Positions 1-10,701 are shown, counted from the first letter of the stretch. The stretch is 64,000 bases of DNA from an uncultured cyanobacterium (GCA_963744145.1 CAVUSO010000001.1:256001-320000); one strand, 5' to 3'. The notes: generated by a model from the letters alone, not told the origin. A program made the numbers and translations.

Positions 1-2
1 AA

Positions 3-209
3 TCTTATCTAGAAGCATTAGCAGCTTATAACCAAGTCATCCAACTTCAACCACAAAGTGCTGAAGCATGGGTAAGACGTGGTCATGTCCTCGAAAAAAT
101 GGAAAGGTATGAAGATGCACTCCGTTCCTATGGTGTTGCGATTGAACTCAAACCTGATTATTATGAAGCCATCGAAAATCGGAAATGGTTGGAGTCACAA
201 TTAAAATAA
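3..209 (+). CDS. TPR-repeat protein, C-terminal fragment (runs off window start)
   Basis: Manual translation from base 3: SYLEALAAYNQVIQLQPQSAEAWVRRGHVLEKMERYEDALRSYGVAIELKPDYYEAIENRKWLESQLK*, TPR consensus. Confidence 0.85.
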   Translation, partial: SYLEALAAYNQVIQLQPQSAEAWVRRGHVLEKMERYEDALRSYGVAIELKPDYYEAIENRKWLESQLK

Positions 210-211
210 AT

Positions 212-2602
212 TCAATTGCTGTTCATCCTAGTTTTTTGTCTGTAATTAGCAATTTTTGCTTGCACCTTTTCATATCCAGGAGTTCCTGGAGAAATTTTTG
301 CCAAAGATTTCAGAGCACCGCTAAAATTACCAACCTCAACTTGAGCATAAGCTTGTTGAACTAAGAAATGAGCTTGAAAACGCTGTTGATGACGATATTG
401 GGCAATTTTGGCTTTAACTTTATCATAACTAGCCATACCTGCGGGTAGACTCTCTAGTAATTTTAATGCTTCTGTAAAATTACCGACAGCAGCTTGAGCA
501 TAAGCAGCTTGGATTAAAGGATGAGCTTTAATACTTTGTTTTTCTCGATACTCAGCAATTTTAGCTGTAATTTTATCATAATTAGCCATACCTTTGGGTA
601 AACTTTCCAGTAATTTCAATGCTTCTGTAAAATTACCAATAGCAGCTTTAGCATAAGCAGCTTGGATTAAACGGTGAGCTTTAATACTTTGTTTTTGTCG
701 ATATTCGGTAATTTTCGGCTGAATAATAGCATAAGCTGTAGTTCCTGGAGGAATTTGTTCAAGAAAACTAAGCGCATTGGTAAAATCGCGAACTAGAGCA
801 CACTGATAGGCTTTTTGAATGAATTTTTCAGCTTCTGCTTCAATTTTCGGCTTTGATTGTTGAACAATTGGATGCAGTTTTTCTTGCCAAAAAGCTATAT
901 TAGGAACTTTGTCAGCTTCCTTAAGTACATCTAGCCAACGTTCTTGTTGAATTGCTTTTTCAACTGCATGGAATTGATTATTAGCAGTTAACCAGTCGGT
1001 TTGCCAATGTTGTTTAGTGGTTTGAGACTGTTGATAAACTGCACTATCGGTAGAGATCGATTGGACTAATGCGATCGCTTGGTGGAAATGTCCAGTCTGA
1101 AATTGAGTCGTCGCTCTTGCGAGGATTTCCGGACCATAATCAGGTGGACCAACTTGGAACAAAGAAGAAACTCCCACCGCGATCGCGACAGCATTAGCGG
1201 TGAACCCCACACTAATTCCAGTGAGGATGATAGCGGTACTAGGAGAAACAGGAATCGAAAAAATTGACTTATGAGTAGTCGTAGATGCTGCTTGATCCTC
1301 AATAACTGTGGTGGAATCGGTCACAGTCAAAGAAATTTCGTTTCGTTCAACAATTTGATTTTCCAGCATTAGGGTCGGAAATACTCGTGATGGAGCAGAT
1401 ATATTTAGCAGCTTTTGGTTGAAGGTTGGAAGTAGTAAAGGTGTAATGTCGCTCCACAAAGACAAAGGTGTTCCACTGTGAAAAACCGTGGTTATTGTCA
1501 AAGGAGCAACGCGACTTTTACCCACTTCTATGCTTGGGAATTCTAGGAGCAGAGGAAAGAAAATCGGTAGGGAAGTTGAGGAACTAGAAAACACAGACTG
1601 TTGAATTGTCAGTGGTAGTCCCTGCTCAGTAGCTCGTTGCTGGAGTGAGTGTAAAACTTCAGTTGCAGACTGATACCGATTTTCCCAGTTGAAATGCACC
1701 ATCTGATTGATCACAGAGGTTAATCGATCGCTCACACAAGTAAATTGTTGCCAATTAACCTCGCCTGATTGTGGGTCTGCTTTTAAATTTCCTGGTGTTA
1801 GTCCAGTTAAAGCTTGAATCGCAATCATCCCTAAAGCATAAATATCGCTGTTAGGATAGGGTTGACCAATGAATTGTTCTCTCGGGATATACCCTAATGG
1901 ATCAACAACATCTGCATCGCCAATTTCGCAGATTCTGTCTCGAATTTGATCAATTTTTTGGGAAAAAATCGGGAGTGAGGGGGGGGATAGCTGGGCTAAA
2001 CCAAAATCGATCAAAACGAATTTACCGTCTGTAGCACGTCGGATCAAATTATCTGGTTTGAGATCACAATGGATCACACCTTGGCTGTGAATAAATTCCA
2101 GAATTAATAAAACTTCGGTTAATAATTGAATAACCTGCTCTTCACTCCAACGTTTGCGACATCGTTTACTAATTGGTAATTGGGAACTGAGGAGTTGGCC
2201 ATCAATAAACTCTTGTACTAAGTAAAATTTTTGTTCCTCAGCAAAATTTCCTAAAAGCTGGGGAATCCCATCGTGATGTCCAAGTTTTTTTAAAATTTCT
2301 GCTTCGTTGATCAATAAACGTTGCTCGAACAAAAATAATTTTTGATTAGCACATTTAAACTGCTTAATCACGCACTGGGGACGATCTGGATTGTGGATGT
2401 CTTTAGCTAAATAGGTTTCTGCAAATGCCCCCACACTTAAGGGTTTAATAATTTGATAACGATCGTTTAATAATTTTGCTGATTTTGAGGTAATGACCTC
2501 AGTTATTGTGGTTAATGTCCGCATACAACCCCATTCCTGATGGAACCGCAAGTGAATTTCTGGCGAGTTATTGTTTGGGCAAACTGGTAACTCAATCAAC
2601 AT
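212..2602 (-). CDS. Ser/Thr protein kinase with TM segment and C-terminal ~51-aa helical repeats (likely start near 2524, MRTLTT)
   Basis: CVIKQF, HCDLKPDN and DFG motifs; hydrophobic AIILTGISVGFTANAVAIAVGV; repeated KQSIKAHxLIQAAYA units. Confidence 0.9.
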   Translation of the reverse strand: MLIELPVCPNNNSPEIHLRFHQEWGCMRTLTTITEVITSKSAKLLNDRYQIIKPLSVGAFAETYLAKDIHNPDRPQCVIKQFKCANQKLFLFEQRLLINEAEILKKLGHHDGIPQLLGNFAEEQKFYLVQEFIDGQLLSSQLPISKRCRKRWSEEQVIQLLTEVLLILEFIHSQGVIHCDLKPDNLIRRATDGKFVLIDFGLAQLSPPSLPIFSQKIDQIRDRICEIGDADVVDPLGYIPREQFIGQPYPNSDIYALGMIAIQALTGLTPGNLKADPQSGEVNWQQFTCVSDRLTSVINQMVHFNWENRYQSATEVLHSLQQRATEQGLPLTIQQSVFSSSSTSLPIFFPLLLEFPSIEVGKSRVAPLTITTVFHSGTPLSLWSDITPLLLPTFNQKLLNISAPSRVFPTLMLENQIVERNEISLTVTDSTTVIEDQAASTTTHKSIFSIPVSPSTAIILTGISVGFTANAVAIAVGVSSLFQVGPPDYGPEILARATTQFQTGHFHQAIALVQSISTDSAVYQQSQTTKQHWQTDWLTANNQFHAVEKAIQQERWLDVLKEADKVPNIAFWQEKLHPIVQQSKPKIEAEAEKFIQKAYQCALVRDFTNALSFLEQIPPGTTAYAIIQPKITEYRQKQSIKAHRLIQAAYAKAAIGNFTEALKLLESLPKGMANYDKITAKIAEYREKQSIKAHPLIQAAYAQAAVGNFTEALKLLESLPAGMASYDKVKAKIAQYRHQQRFQAHFLVQQAYAQVEVGNFSGALKSLAKISPGTPGYEKVQAKIANYRQKTRMNSN

Positions 2603-2653
2603 CTTTCAGTGCTGCGGCTCTAGTTCAGGAATAAACTAGATCGAGATATTAAA

Positions 2654-3484
2654 GTGCCAGGAGATGAAAAAGTGACAGCAGCTAATATAGCGCCCCCTAC
2701 CCAACTCCCAGATCCCAATCTAGTTAAGTTAGCTGAAGGGGCGATCGCCGAATTTGAGCAATCCATACTCCCCGGTATTTGGCCCGCGATCGATAAGTCA
2801 CAATTGATCACAGATATGCGAGCGCGATTGCAAGATCCCTTTCAAGTTAATCAAGGAAGCCAACCTTTTTGTGGCCCTGCATCACTTTTATTCGAGTTAA
2901 TTCGGCATAATCCTCCTAAATATGTGGAAATTTGCCGTAATTTATATCAAGTTGGTGGCTTTCATACAAAAAGTAAATGGATTACTCCCTCGCGATCGCT
3001 TAGGGAAGATACGGGAAATCCTGATATGCCCTTAGCAGATTGGATGATTTTATCTACTCTTCGGGAATCGGATAATTTAATCTGTCCAGTTAGATCTAAC
3101 GCTCCAGAAATGTTGCGTAATATCAGTGGGATGACTAACCCCTGGGAAATGGAAGGTTGGGTAAAAGAAGTGTTGGGATACAGGAATGCTCAATTTATTA
3201 CAGCTTTTCTGACTGGAGATTTGCAAATATTGCACCAAGTATCAGATATTCTCCAGAGTGGAGGAGTTGCTTTTGCATTAATTACTGCGGAAGGTTTACT
3301 GATGAATCAACCACCATCGGTTCCTTTTCCGAGCCACTGGATTTCTTTATTGGGCAATATTTCTACTGAAAATCCGGATCATATCAGTTTTGATATTTTC
3401 ACTTGGGCACAACAAATGCACATTGATGTCGCAGAAAAACCATTGAAGAGTTATTTCTGGGGAGTGGTAGCTGGGAAACCATAA
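2654..3484 (+). CDS. Hypothetical protein, possible papain-like cysteine peptidase fold
   Basis: 276-aa ORF with NQGSQPFCGPAS (Gln..Cys), later SHW and FTW motifs. Confidence 0.55.
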   Translation: MPGDEKVTAANIAPPTQLPDPNLVKLAEGAIAEFEQSILPGIWPAIDKSQLITDMRARLQDPFQVNQGSQPFCGPASLLFELIRHNPPKYVEICRNLYQVGGFHTKSKWITPSRSLREDTGNPDMPLADWMILSTLRESDNLICPVRSNAPEMLRNISGMTNPWEMEGWVKEVLGYRNAQFITAFLTGDLQILHQVSDILQSGGVAFALITAEGLLMNQPPSVPFPSHWISLLGNISTENPDHISFDIFTWAQQMHIDVAEKPLKSYFWGVVAGKP

Positions 3485-3648
3485 TTATTCTGATAATGAT
3501 TTAATCCGCGTTTGTAGTAGGGAATGAGAGTCCCCTAATGCTCAATATTTGAGGGAAGACAGCCCTGACTACAAACAAATATTTTTGACTTTCGCTTTCT
3601 TGTCTAATACAGCCTATTCCAGGTTTATGAAGTTCATCAAGGTGATCT

Positions 3649-3925
3649 GTGGGGCAGGGCGGGTTCATTAATACCTCGACTACCCTTCGACTACGCTCAG
3701 GGCAAGCGCTCGGCACAAGGGTTATTTGTGTGTGGCAAATTCAACGGTGAACCCGCCCCTACAGGGATTCACCAAAAAATCGATCAGGATTAGAGGATGA
3801 CAAGATTAACAGGATTTGTAGGGGCAGGTGAATGAATTTATGATCACAATCAACCGGGATTTGTAGGGGCAGGTTCACCAATCAATTCTGCTCCAAACCG
3901 ATCACTATCATAAACCTGCCCAACC
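3649..3925. repeat. Cluster of REP-like GTAGGGGC palindromes with a nested 24-bp small dispersed repeat (3683-3706)
   Basis: GGGCGGGTTCA...TGAACCCGCCCCTACA inverted pair; two GGATTTGTAGGGGCAGGT copies; CCCTTCGACTACGCTCAGGGCAAG insert. Confidence 0.7.
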
Positions 3926-3997
3926 AACACAGATCACTCTCAAGCGACTTTAACTGATCGCCATTCATGCCAAATCTTCCTGTACTTCATCAACAGG

Positions 3998-5996
3998 TCA
4001 TCCGCTGTATTGCTCAAGCTGCTTTAACTTCTGTTCGATCGCTACCAGATCTTCTAAAATTTCTGCAACACTCCTTAACTTTTCCGGTTGATAAAAAATC
4101 TTATTAAAATTAATCTCTACTCCCACCACATTATCTAAATACTTAAAAGGTTTAGTCAGATATTTCTCCATAAAATCAGCAATACCTTTTTGATTTTCTA
4201 TCTGATCTCGATGAAACGGAATAATTTCATAATCCTTTTGATCATCTGGCATCAATTTCACCGTAATTTCAATTCGTTCAGGTAACTTTTTATTAGCCTT
4301 TTTAAAAGCAGCATTTACGACAATTTTACCACAACCTAACTCTTCTCTGATCCGATTTGTTTCTTTAACTAGAGTTTCGCGATCGCGATCAAACCAATAA
4401 CGAGCCTGCTCTGTGATAATTACTATATCCTGATCATCAAAAGAATCAATCAAAGGCTTAAGTTCTTGCTCATAAAATTCCCACAGATTACTTCTAGATA
4501 TGGTAAATTCGGTCAAAACGCGATCGCCATTTTCTATTTTAATTGGCATCAATTTTTGGTGAGTTTTTCCCTCCTTTAACCGACTCACAAAACTCCTTCC
4601 CTCCTGATCTACATTAGTTAATATAATCGCTTGTTTATTAAAATAGAAAAACTCTTGATCAAAAACTCTTGCATAATCATTATCAGCAAACTGACGGAGA
4701 GTTTCGACAATCTCCCAACGACTATCTTGATCAATTTCCTTACGTTTAGCACCCTGATTTTTGGGCAAGGTTTTAAACTTCTCACTCGCATTAATTAAGA
4801 TAACTTTATTTTCGCGACTAATATCTTTATTTTTATTCAAAACCCAAAGATAAGTATAAATACTGGTATTAAAAAACTCAGCCGTTGGTAACTGAATAAT
4901 AGCTTCAACAATATTGCTATCTAACAGCCATTTCCGAATATTACTTTCGGAAGACCCCGCATCTCCAGAAAACAAAGTTGAACCATTATGTACAACTACT
5001 CCAATCCCATTAACATCCATTTTGGAGATTAAATGTTGCATAAACAATAATTGTCCATCAGAAATTGCTGGTAAATATTTAAACCTACCCGTTTGATCAT
5101 TTTCAATATCTTTTTGATATCCCTTCCAACTTACTCCGTAGGGGGGATTTGCAACGACAACATCAAAACTATGATGAGCAAATTTATCTTCTGTTAAACT
5201 ATTACCATATTCAATCTGAGAATTTGTCCGAAATCTACTTTCAATTTTAGCTAAAGCATAAAGCGCATCATTCCAATCTTGTCCGTAGGTTTGAGTACAG
5301 CACTCAAACTTCTGCTTAATCCGATCTTCTACCCCAAATAATAGATTACCACCTCCACAAGTACAATCATAAATCTTCAACAAGCGATCGTCTGATGTTG
5401 AAATTTTCGAGACAATGATTTCCGCGATCAATGCAATCATATCATCCGGTGTATATTGTTCTCCTGCTGTCTCTGCGGAAATATCTGCCCAACGACGCTT
5501 AATATGTTCTTCTAAAGTAGTAATTTCCGAGTTATTAAAAGGTTTGAAATCAATTTTACTCCAGGCTTTAGTATAGTCTAATAAAATCTTTTTTGCCTTC
5601 AGCTTATTAATTATACCTTGAAGATCTTAAAAACTTTTCTCCATTAGTTATCTCCACACCTAATAATTCCTTTGTTTCGCGATCGAATCCTTCTAAATAA
5701 GCGGCAAAATCAACATCAAAGGATTGTTCATTTTGGCAAATATCTGGCAGAGTTTGGTTTTTTTCAAAAATATAAGTATTATCACCTTGATTCCGTTTCT
5801 GAACTTCTGATTGATCTGGACTAATTTCTGTTTGTAAACCCTCTTGGATTCTTACCAGTCTACTTTCAACCATTAACAGCGCAAAAAACGGCATCATATA
5901 GGAAGACCATTCAGATTCCTTAATCCCACATCCCCTCAATAAATCTGCTGTTGCCCAGATTTTCGATTCATATTGAAGAATATTGTGATTAATCAT
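3998..5996 (-). pseudogene. hsdM: Type I restriction-modification M subunit, split by a +1 frameshift near 5627
   Basis: N-part IWATADLLRG; removing one base gives EKFLDLQGIINKLK...ETAGEQYTPDDMIALI in frame with the 480-aa ORF carrying DCTCGGG and NPPY. Confidence 0.85.
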
Positions 5997-6023
5997 ACAG
6001 AAATTTTATACCGTCATTAGTTA

Positions 6024-6611
6024 TTAATCTGCTTCAGCAGTCTCTAGAATTACATCCTCATAAATCAACTCGATCGAACAGCGAAAATTAACACTCTTTA
6101 ATTCAACTTCATCCCCTTCTGAATAGGTATAAAGCTCCCAAACTCCCTGATCATTTAATTGATAACACTCAATCATTTTCTGTTCAGTATTGATCAATAC
6201 ATATTCTTTTAATGTAGAAATACGGCGATAATTGTAAAACTTTTTACCTCGATCTTTAGCTTCCGTGCTGGGAGAAAGAACCTCAACAATTAGACAGGGA
6301 TAATAGATAGCTTGAATCGCTTGTCGATCGCGTTGATCACAAGTAACCATCACATCGGGATAGTAAAACGGGCCAATTTCCGACACTCCCACCTTAGCAT
6401 CTGCCATAGAAACTTTACACCCTTTTCCTCGCAGGTGATTTTTTAATGCTGTGGTCAGGTTAACGGTAAGATCATTATGGGGAATTGTTCCCCCAGTCAT
6501 AGCAAAAACTTTGCCATCAATATATTCATATTTAATCGATTGTTTTTCTTCCCAGTGCAAATAGTCCTGGGGAGTTAGATATTGCCACTGGGAAACTGCA
6601 ACCATAACCAT
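6024..6611 (-). CDS. Uma2 family endonuclease
   Basis: KYEYIDG, YYPDVMV, LIVEVLSPST, DRGKKF motifs. Confidence 0.92.
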   Translation of the reverse strand: MVMVAVSQWQYLTPQDYLHWEEKQSIKYEYIDGKVFAMTGGTIPHNDLTVNLTTALKNHLRGKGCKVSMADAKVGVSEIGPFYYPDVMVTCDQRDRQAIQAIYYPCLIVEVLSPSTEAKDRGKKFYNYRRISTLKEYVLINTEQKMIECYQLNDQGVWELYTYSEGDEVELKSVNFRCSIELIYEDVILETAEAD

Positions 6612-6649
6612 CTTCTCATATATTCTAGGTGTAATTGCTCAATTTGATT

Positions 6650-6749
6650 CAATAGGGTTCAGTTAGAGAAGAAAAAATTTCTTAGGTATGTAGTTGAGCT
6701 TCAGCGATCTTGACGCAACTACATACCCGGGCTTAACTGAACCGTATTG
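6650..6749. mobile_element. MITE (CAATACGGTTCAGTTAAG-type terminal inverted repeats), degenerate copy
   Basis: CAATAGGGTTCAGTTAG...CTTAACTGAACCGTATTG; flanks CAATTTGATT / CAAGTTGACT match 8/10; internal GTATGTAGTTG..CAACTACATAC hairpin. Confidence 0.7.
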
Positions 6750-6795
6750 CAAGTTGACTCTATTATATGCGATCGCGATTATTCCAGGAGGGGTA

Positions 6796-7311
6796 TTAGG
6801 GGCGATCGCCTTTATCTATGTCTTCGTTTTCTGTTTTTTTACCTTCTAAAGATGATGGCACTGATATCCGGATGTTAATATCAATTGTGCCTGTGTTATG
6901 ATCAAAACCCATATTAACTATTTTTACGATTGGCTCTACTTGCGAATAATGACTATCTTTCTCTTGTTTAGATGATTTAGCTTTATATCCTGCTTCAGCT
7001 AACAAATTATTAATATTTCTCCAATGCCCTACTTTTTCAGTAGAAATATCAGGCATTTTTGTTAAGTATTGATATAAAGTTTTGCACATATAAACTTCAA
7101 CACCTTTGGGACTCTGGACGAGTTTGCGAGCCATTTCAGCGGGACTGTAACCGCACAGCACCCCCCGCAAAAAAAGCTTTTCCCGCTCTGTAAGTCCCTT
7201 TCTAGCGTGAGGAACTACTTGCTTCTTAGCTTCGGCAAGAGCTTGATACAGCCTTTCCAAGTCCCAGTTATTAGCAGCTTCAGCAAACATCTCGTCGTTG
7301 TTATATGCCAT
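6796..7311 (-). CDS. Stand-alone LuxR-like helix-turn-helix protein, divergent from adk
   Basis: LTEREKLFLRGVLCGYSPAEMARKLVQSPKGVEVYM resembles LuxR-type HTH. Confidence 0.65.
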   Translation of the reverse strand: MAYNNDEMFAEAANNWDLERLYQALAEAKKQVVPHARKGLTEREKLFLRGVLCGYSPAEMARKLVQSPKGVEVYMCKTLYQYLTKMPDISTEKVGHWRNINNLLAEAGYKAKSSKQEKDSHYSQVEPIVKIVNMGFDHNTGTIDINIRISVPSSLEGKKTENEDIDKGDRP

Positions 7312-7439
7312 TGCGTATATGGGTAAATTGATAGCGTATGCCTAACCAAAAGTTATAATGTTAGTTAGGTTCTTATTAGTTAGATCTAGTTTAACATTAG
7401 TGTAGTCAACGTTAATTACTAATAAAAGTAACTATATCA

Positions 7440-8039
7440 ATGCGATTGATCTTTTTAGGGCCACCAGGAGCAGGTAAGGGAACTCAGGCAGCTCTTTTAG
7501 CTAAACCTTTAGGAATTCCTCACATTTCAACAGGTGAATTACTGCGTCAAGCTAAAGCAGAAAAAACACCTCTTGGTCTGAAAGCACAGGAATATATGGA
7601 CAAAGGTGAATTAGTTCCAGACGCTCTGTTACTGGGGATGGTTCGAGAACGTCTGAGTCAACCAGATGCTCAGTTGGGATGGATTTTAGATGGCTTTCCA
7701 CGAAACATCTATCAAGTTGGTGCGTTGGATGGCTTACTGCTGGGGATGAATCAACGAGGTTATGACGGTGTAATCAGTCTGCAAGTACCAGATGATGCTC
7801 TTTTGCCCCGACTGAAGAAACGGGCAATAGAAGCGGTTCCCCCACGTCTGGATGATGCTAAACCAGAAGTGATTCGTAATAGGTTGGAAGTGTATCACGA
7901 AAAAACGGCTCCTTTGATCCAGTTTTACAGCGATCGGCAGCAGCTATTACCAGTCAATGGCTACCAGTCAGTTGAAACCGTCACAGCAGCACTGAAAGCA
8001 CTTATCGACGATCTGAAAAAAACATCCAATCTTGATTAG
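7440..8039 (+). CDS. adk: Adenylate kinase (short-LID type), outside the ribosomal-protein operon
   Basis: GPPGAGKGTQA, HISTGELLR, GELVPD, WILDGFPRN, RLDD motifs. Confidence 0.95.
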   Translation: MRLIFLGPPGAGKGTQAALLAKPLGIPHISTGELLRQAKAEKTPLGLKAQEYMDKGELVPDALLLGMVRERLSQPDAQLGWILDGFPRNIYQVGALDGLLLGMNQRGYDGVISLQVPDDALLPRLKKRAIEAVPPRLDDAKPEVIRNRLEVYHEKTAPLIQFYSDRQQLLPVNGYQSVETVTAALKALIDDLKKTSNLD

Positions 8040-8119
8040 CACTCAGCAATTTATTCTATATTGAGCCTTTTTGCAAAGCAAGTAATGTTTAGTTGAATGG
8101 AACGAGAGACGAATAAAAT

Positions 8120-9535
8120 ATGGCATACAATCACGCAAGCAGGTTTACAGGGGAATACGATCAAAACCCTAAGCTGAACTTTGAAATATATGCAGAACAA
8201 CTATGTAGGCAAGCTATAGAGAATACAAGAGAGACTAAAGAAGCATTTACAGTTGGTATCTTTGGTTCATGGGGTAGTGGTAAGACTACTCTAATGCGTC
8301 GTATTGAAAATAATTTTAATGATGAAAACTTTCTTAAGAAATTTAATTTGACTAAATCCCAACCCAGGTCTAATACTGTAAGTAAGAAGATATGTAGAAC
8401 GATTTGGTTTAATCCTTGGAAGTATGATGGTAAAGAAGATGTCAGAAATGCTCTAATTCAGACAATATTACGCGAGATAATTAACGATAGTTCAGACGAG
8501 ATTGTGCTTAAAAAATGTAAACGTTTAGCCGCTAATTTCGCTCGTTGTACAGGAGGAATTTTAGGGCAACTTACTAAAGTTGGTCTATATGGAGCAACTC
8601 AACCAATAGGTGGTGTTCTTGTTGAACCTATAGCCAAAGAAATCGAAGATTTTATTCTTAATAATATAAAAAGTGACGACGATCCATATTTATTTATTAA
8701 TAAATTTGAAGAGAGGTTTAGAGATGCTGTTCACAATTATGTAGGTATTGAGGGTAGACTGATAGTTTTCATTGATGATTTAGATCGTTGCTTGCCCGAA
8801 AATGCACTAACTGTACTTGAATCCCTCAAACTTTATCTGACTCAAGTTAACTGCATTTTTTTTATAGGACTTGATAAGAGAATTATTGAGCAAGCAGTCA
8901 GTCACAGATATGAAAATATTAGAGTAACGGGAAAAGAGTATATAGAAAAGATAATACGTCTTAACTTTTTCCTATTTGATAAAGATCCGGATATAGTAGC
9001 AAAACTTTTTGAACTCGCTGGAATCAGCAACATTTATGATAAAAAACATCCCCAGATAAAAGAAAATGCGGAAAAAATGTGGACTATGATTATTGGTGCT
9101 ACTCAGGCAAATCTTCGCAAAATTGAACAGTTTACCATTGCCTTTGAGCTAATTGAAAAAATTGTCGATGCCCTTAACAAGAAAATTCAAGAAAAAAAGA
9201 AAGGGGAAACACCGGAAAAACAACGTGAAATGGAAAAGCAGATCATAAATTGGCATGAAGTCTATCCTAAATTGGCTAAAGTTTTGCTTATACAGATGAA
9301 CTTTCCTGATTTTTATGATGCTTGGGAAAACAATCATGCTCTTATGGAGGAACTAAATAATACTTATAAAACGGCTACAGAAACATCAGAAAGATTAAAA
9401 TTTATCCAACAAAAATACCCATCAGCAGATCTAAATTTAATTGAATTCATCGTTAATAATTTTGAATTTGGTAAGATTTGCAATGATGATGATTGGAAGA
9501 TCATACATAAATTATCTCAAACCGTAACTTACTAA
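8120..9535 (+). CDS. KAP-family P-loop NTPase without TM segments
   Basis: GIFGSWGSGKTT Walker A, WFNPWKY, VFIDDLDRC Walker B, EYIEKII. Confidence 0.92.
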   Translation: MAYNHASRFTGEYDQNPKLNFEIYAEQLCRQAIENTRETKEAFTVGIFGSWGSGKTTLMRRIENNFNDENFLKKFNLTKSQPRSNTVSKKICRTIWFNPWKYDGKEDVRNALIQTILREIINDSSDEIVLKKCKRLAANFARCTGGILGQLTKVGLYGATQPIGGVLVEPIAKEIEDFILNNIKSDDDPYLFINKFEERFRDAVHNYVGIEGRLIVFIDDLDRCLPENALTVLESLKLYLTQVNCIFFIGLDKRIIEQAVSHRYENIRVTGKEYIEKIIRLNFFLFDKDPDIVAKLFELAGISNIYDKKHPQIKENAEKMWTMIIGATQANLRKIEQFTIAFELIEKIVDALNKKIQEKKKGETPEKQREMEKQIINWHEVYPKLAKVLLIQMNFPDFYDAWENNHALMEELNNTYKTATETSERLKFIQQKYPSADLNLIEFIVNNFEFGKICNDDDWKIIHKLSQTVTY

Positions 9536-10632
9536 TGCTGGATAAATTCAAAGTAATGATAGAACATTTAAAAAACCTAGCGATAACCAGAATGTCATTA
9601 AAATCAACAAATACAGCCTCTGTTTTTTTAGAAAAAGCATTTTCAAGCGAAATAGAGTCAGCGATTCATTCAGCCAATGTGCAAATTCATGAAGGTTATA
9701 CTATGGTGAAAACCACAGATTTACTAAGTAGCATTGAAGAAGTTATAAGTGATGAGTTTTGGATTTTGAAAACTTCTGATACTTTGTCAGATGCACTAGC
9801 ATTAATGACTTTACAAAATGTTAGTGATATTATCATTGTTGATAGTAATAATAAGTTTGCGGGAATTGTTAGTGATCTATCAATTATTACTGAACTTCCA
9901 CCACCAGTTTCAGATGTTCCTCTTAGATACCAGCTTAATTTCCCCCAATTTCACAAACAGGTTAGTAGAAATATAGTTAACATGATCCAAAAAAATATTG
10001 GCGAGGTATTTAAACTAAACAGAAATATTCGCCGTTTTTCTAAAGATGAATTTTTAACCAATGCTTTGCAAGAATTAACGAATCCTTATAGAACCTATCT
10101 TGACCCAAGAATAATTCCAATTCTTAATGAGGACGAAACCGTCGCAGGTTTAGTTTCATGTGAAACAGTTTTAAAATATGTGAGGATTAATCTCTTCTTA
10201 ATGGAAGAAAAAGTAGAACGTTTTTTATTAGATAAGTCTCTTAGAAAAGAGCCTTATATTCTCAAACCAGATGATACTCTAACGAAGGCATATTTTGTAA
10301 TGCAGCATCTTCCCATAGATCATATCTTGATATGTGATAACAACAATAAACTTTTAGGGATGGTAGAAAGATATCAAATTAGTGCGTATGCTCATCCCTT
10401 ATACTACCCGTTGATGGATATACCTTTGAGGGAAATTATGAAATCTGTGGATAATTTGTATCTAGTAGAGTCTAGCCAACCTATAAAAGAAATTATCAGT
10501 AGTTTCTTAGATCAGGGGATTAAAGCTGCAATTGCAGTTGATAAATCATCCAGTCAGCTATGTCCGTTGCAGGTCATAACGCCTATGAATATTTTACAAT
10601 TCTTTCGGCAAAATTTTTACAGAAAGCTATAA
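9535..10632 (+). CDS. CBS-domain protein (about four CBS repeats)
   Basis: LKTSDTLSDALALM..IIIVDSNNKFAGIVS; IPILNEDETVAGLVS; LKPDDTLTKAYFVM..LICDNNNKLLGMV; LQVITPMNIL; start overlaps KAP stop (TAATG). Confidence 0.85.
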   Translation: MLDKFKVMIEHLKNLAITRMSLKSTNTASVFLEKAFSSEIESAIHSANVQIHEGYTMVKTTDLLSSIEEVISDEFWILKTSDTLSDALALMTLQNVSDIIIVDSNNKFAGIVSDLSIITELPPPVSDVPLRYQLNFPQFHKQVSRNIVNMIQKNIGEVFKLNRNIRRFSKDEFLTNALQELTNPYRTYLDPRIIPILNEDETVAGLVSCETVLKYVRINLFLMEEKVERFLLDKSLRKEPYILKPDDTLTKAYFVMQHLPIDHILICDNNNKLLGMVERYQISAYAHPLYYPLMDIPLREIMKSVDNLYLVESSQPIKEIISSFLDQGIKAAIAVDKSSSQLCPLQVITPMNILQFFRQNFYRKL

Positions 10633-10701
10633 CATCGATAAAGGTTAGAGATGTTTCTTTCAGTAGAATTGTAATTCAAACAAAAAGTAAAGGAGATTTT
10701 C

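Noticed and set aside
3501-3716. 71-aa ORF containing ACPERSRR
   Set aside because: Translation of the 24-bp repeat; the same applies to 23539-23778, 15298-15543 and 28531-28734
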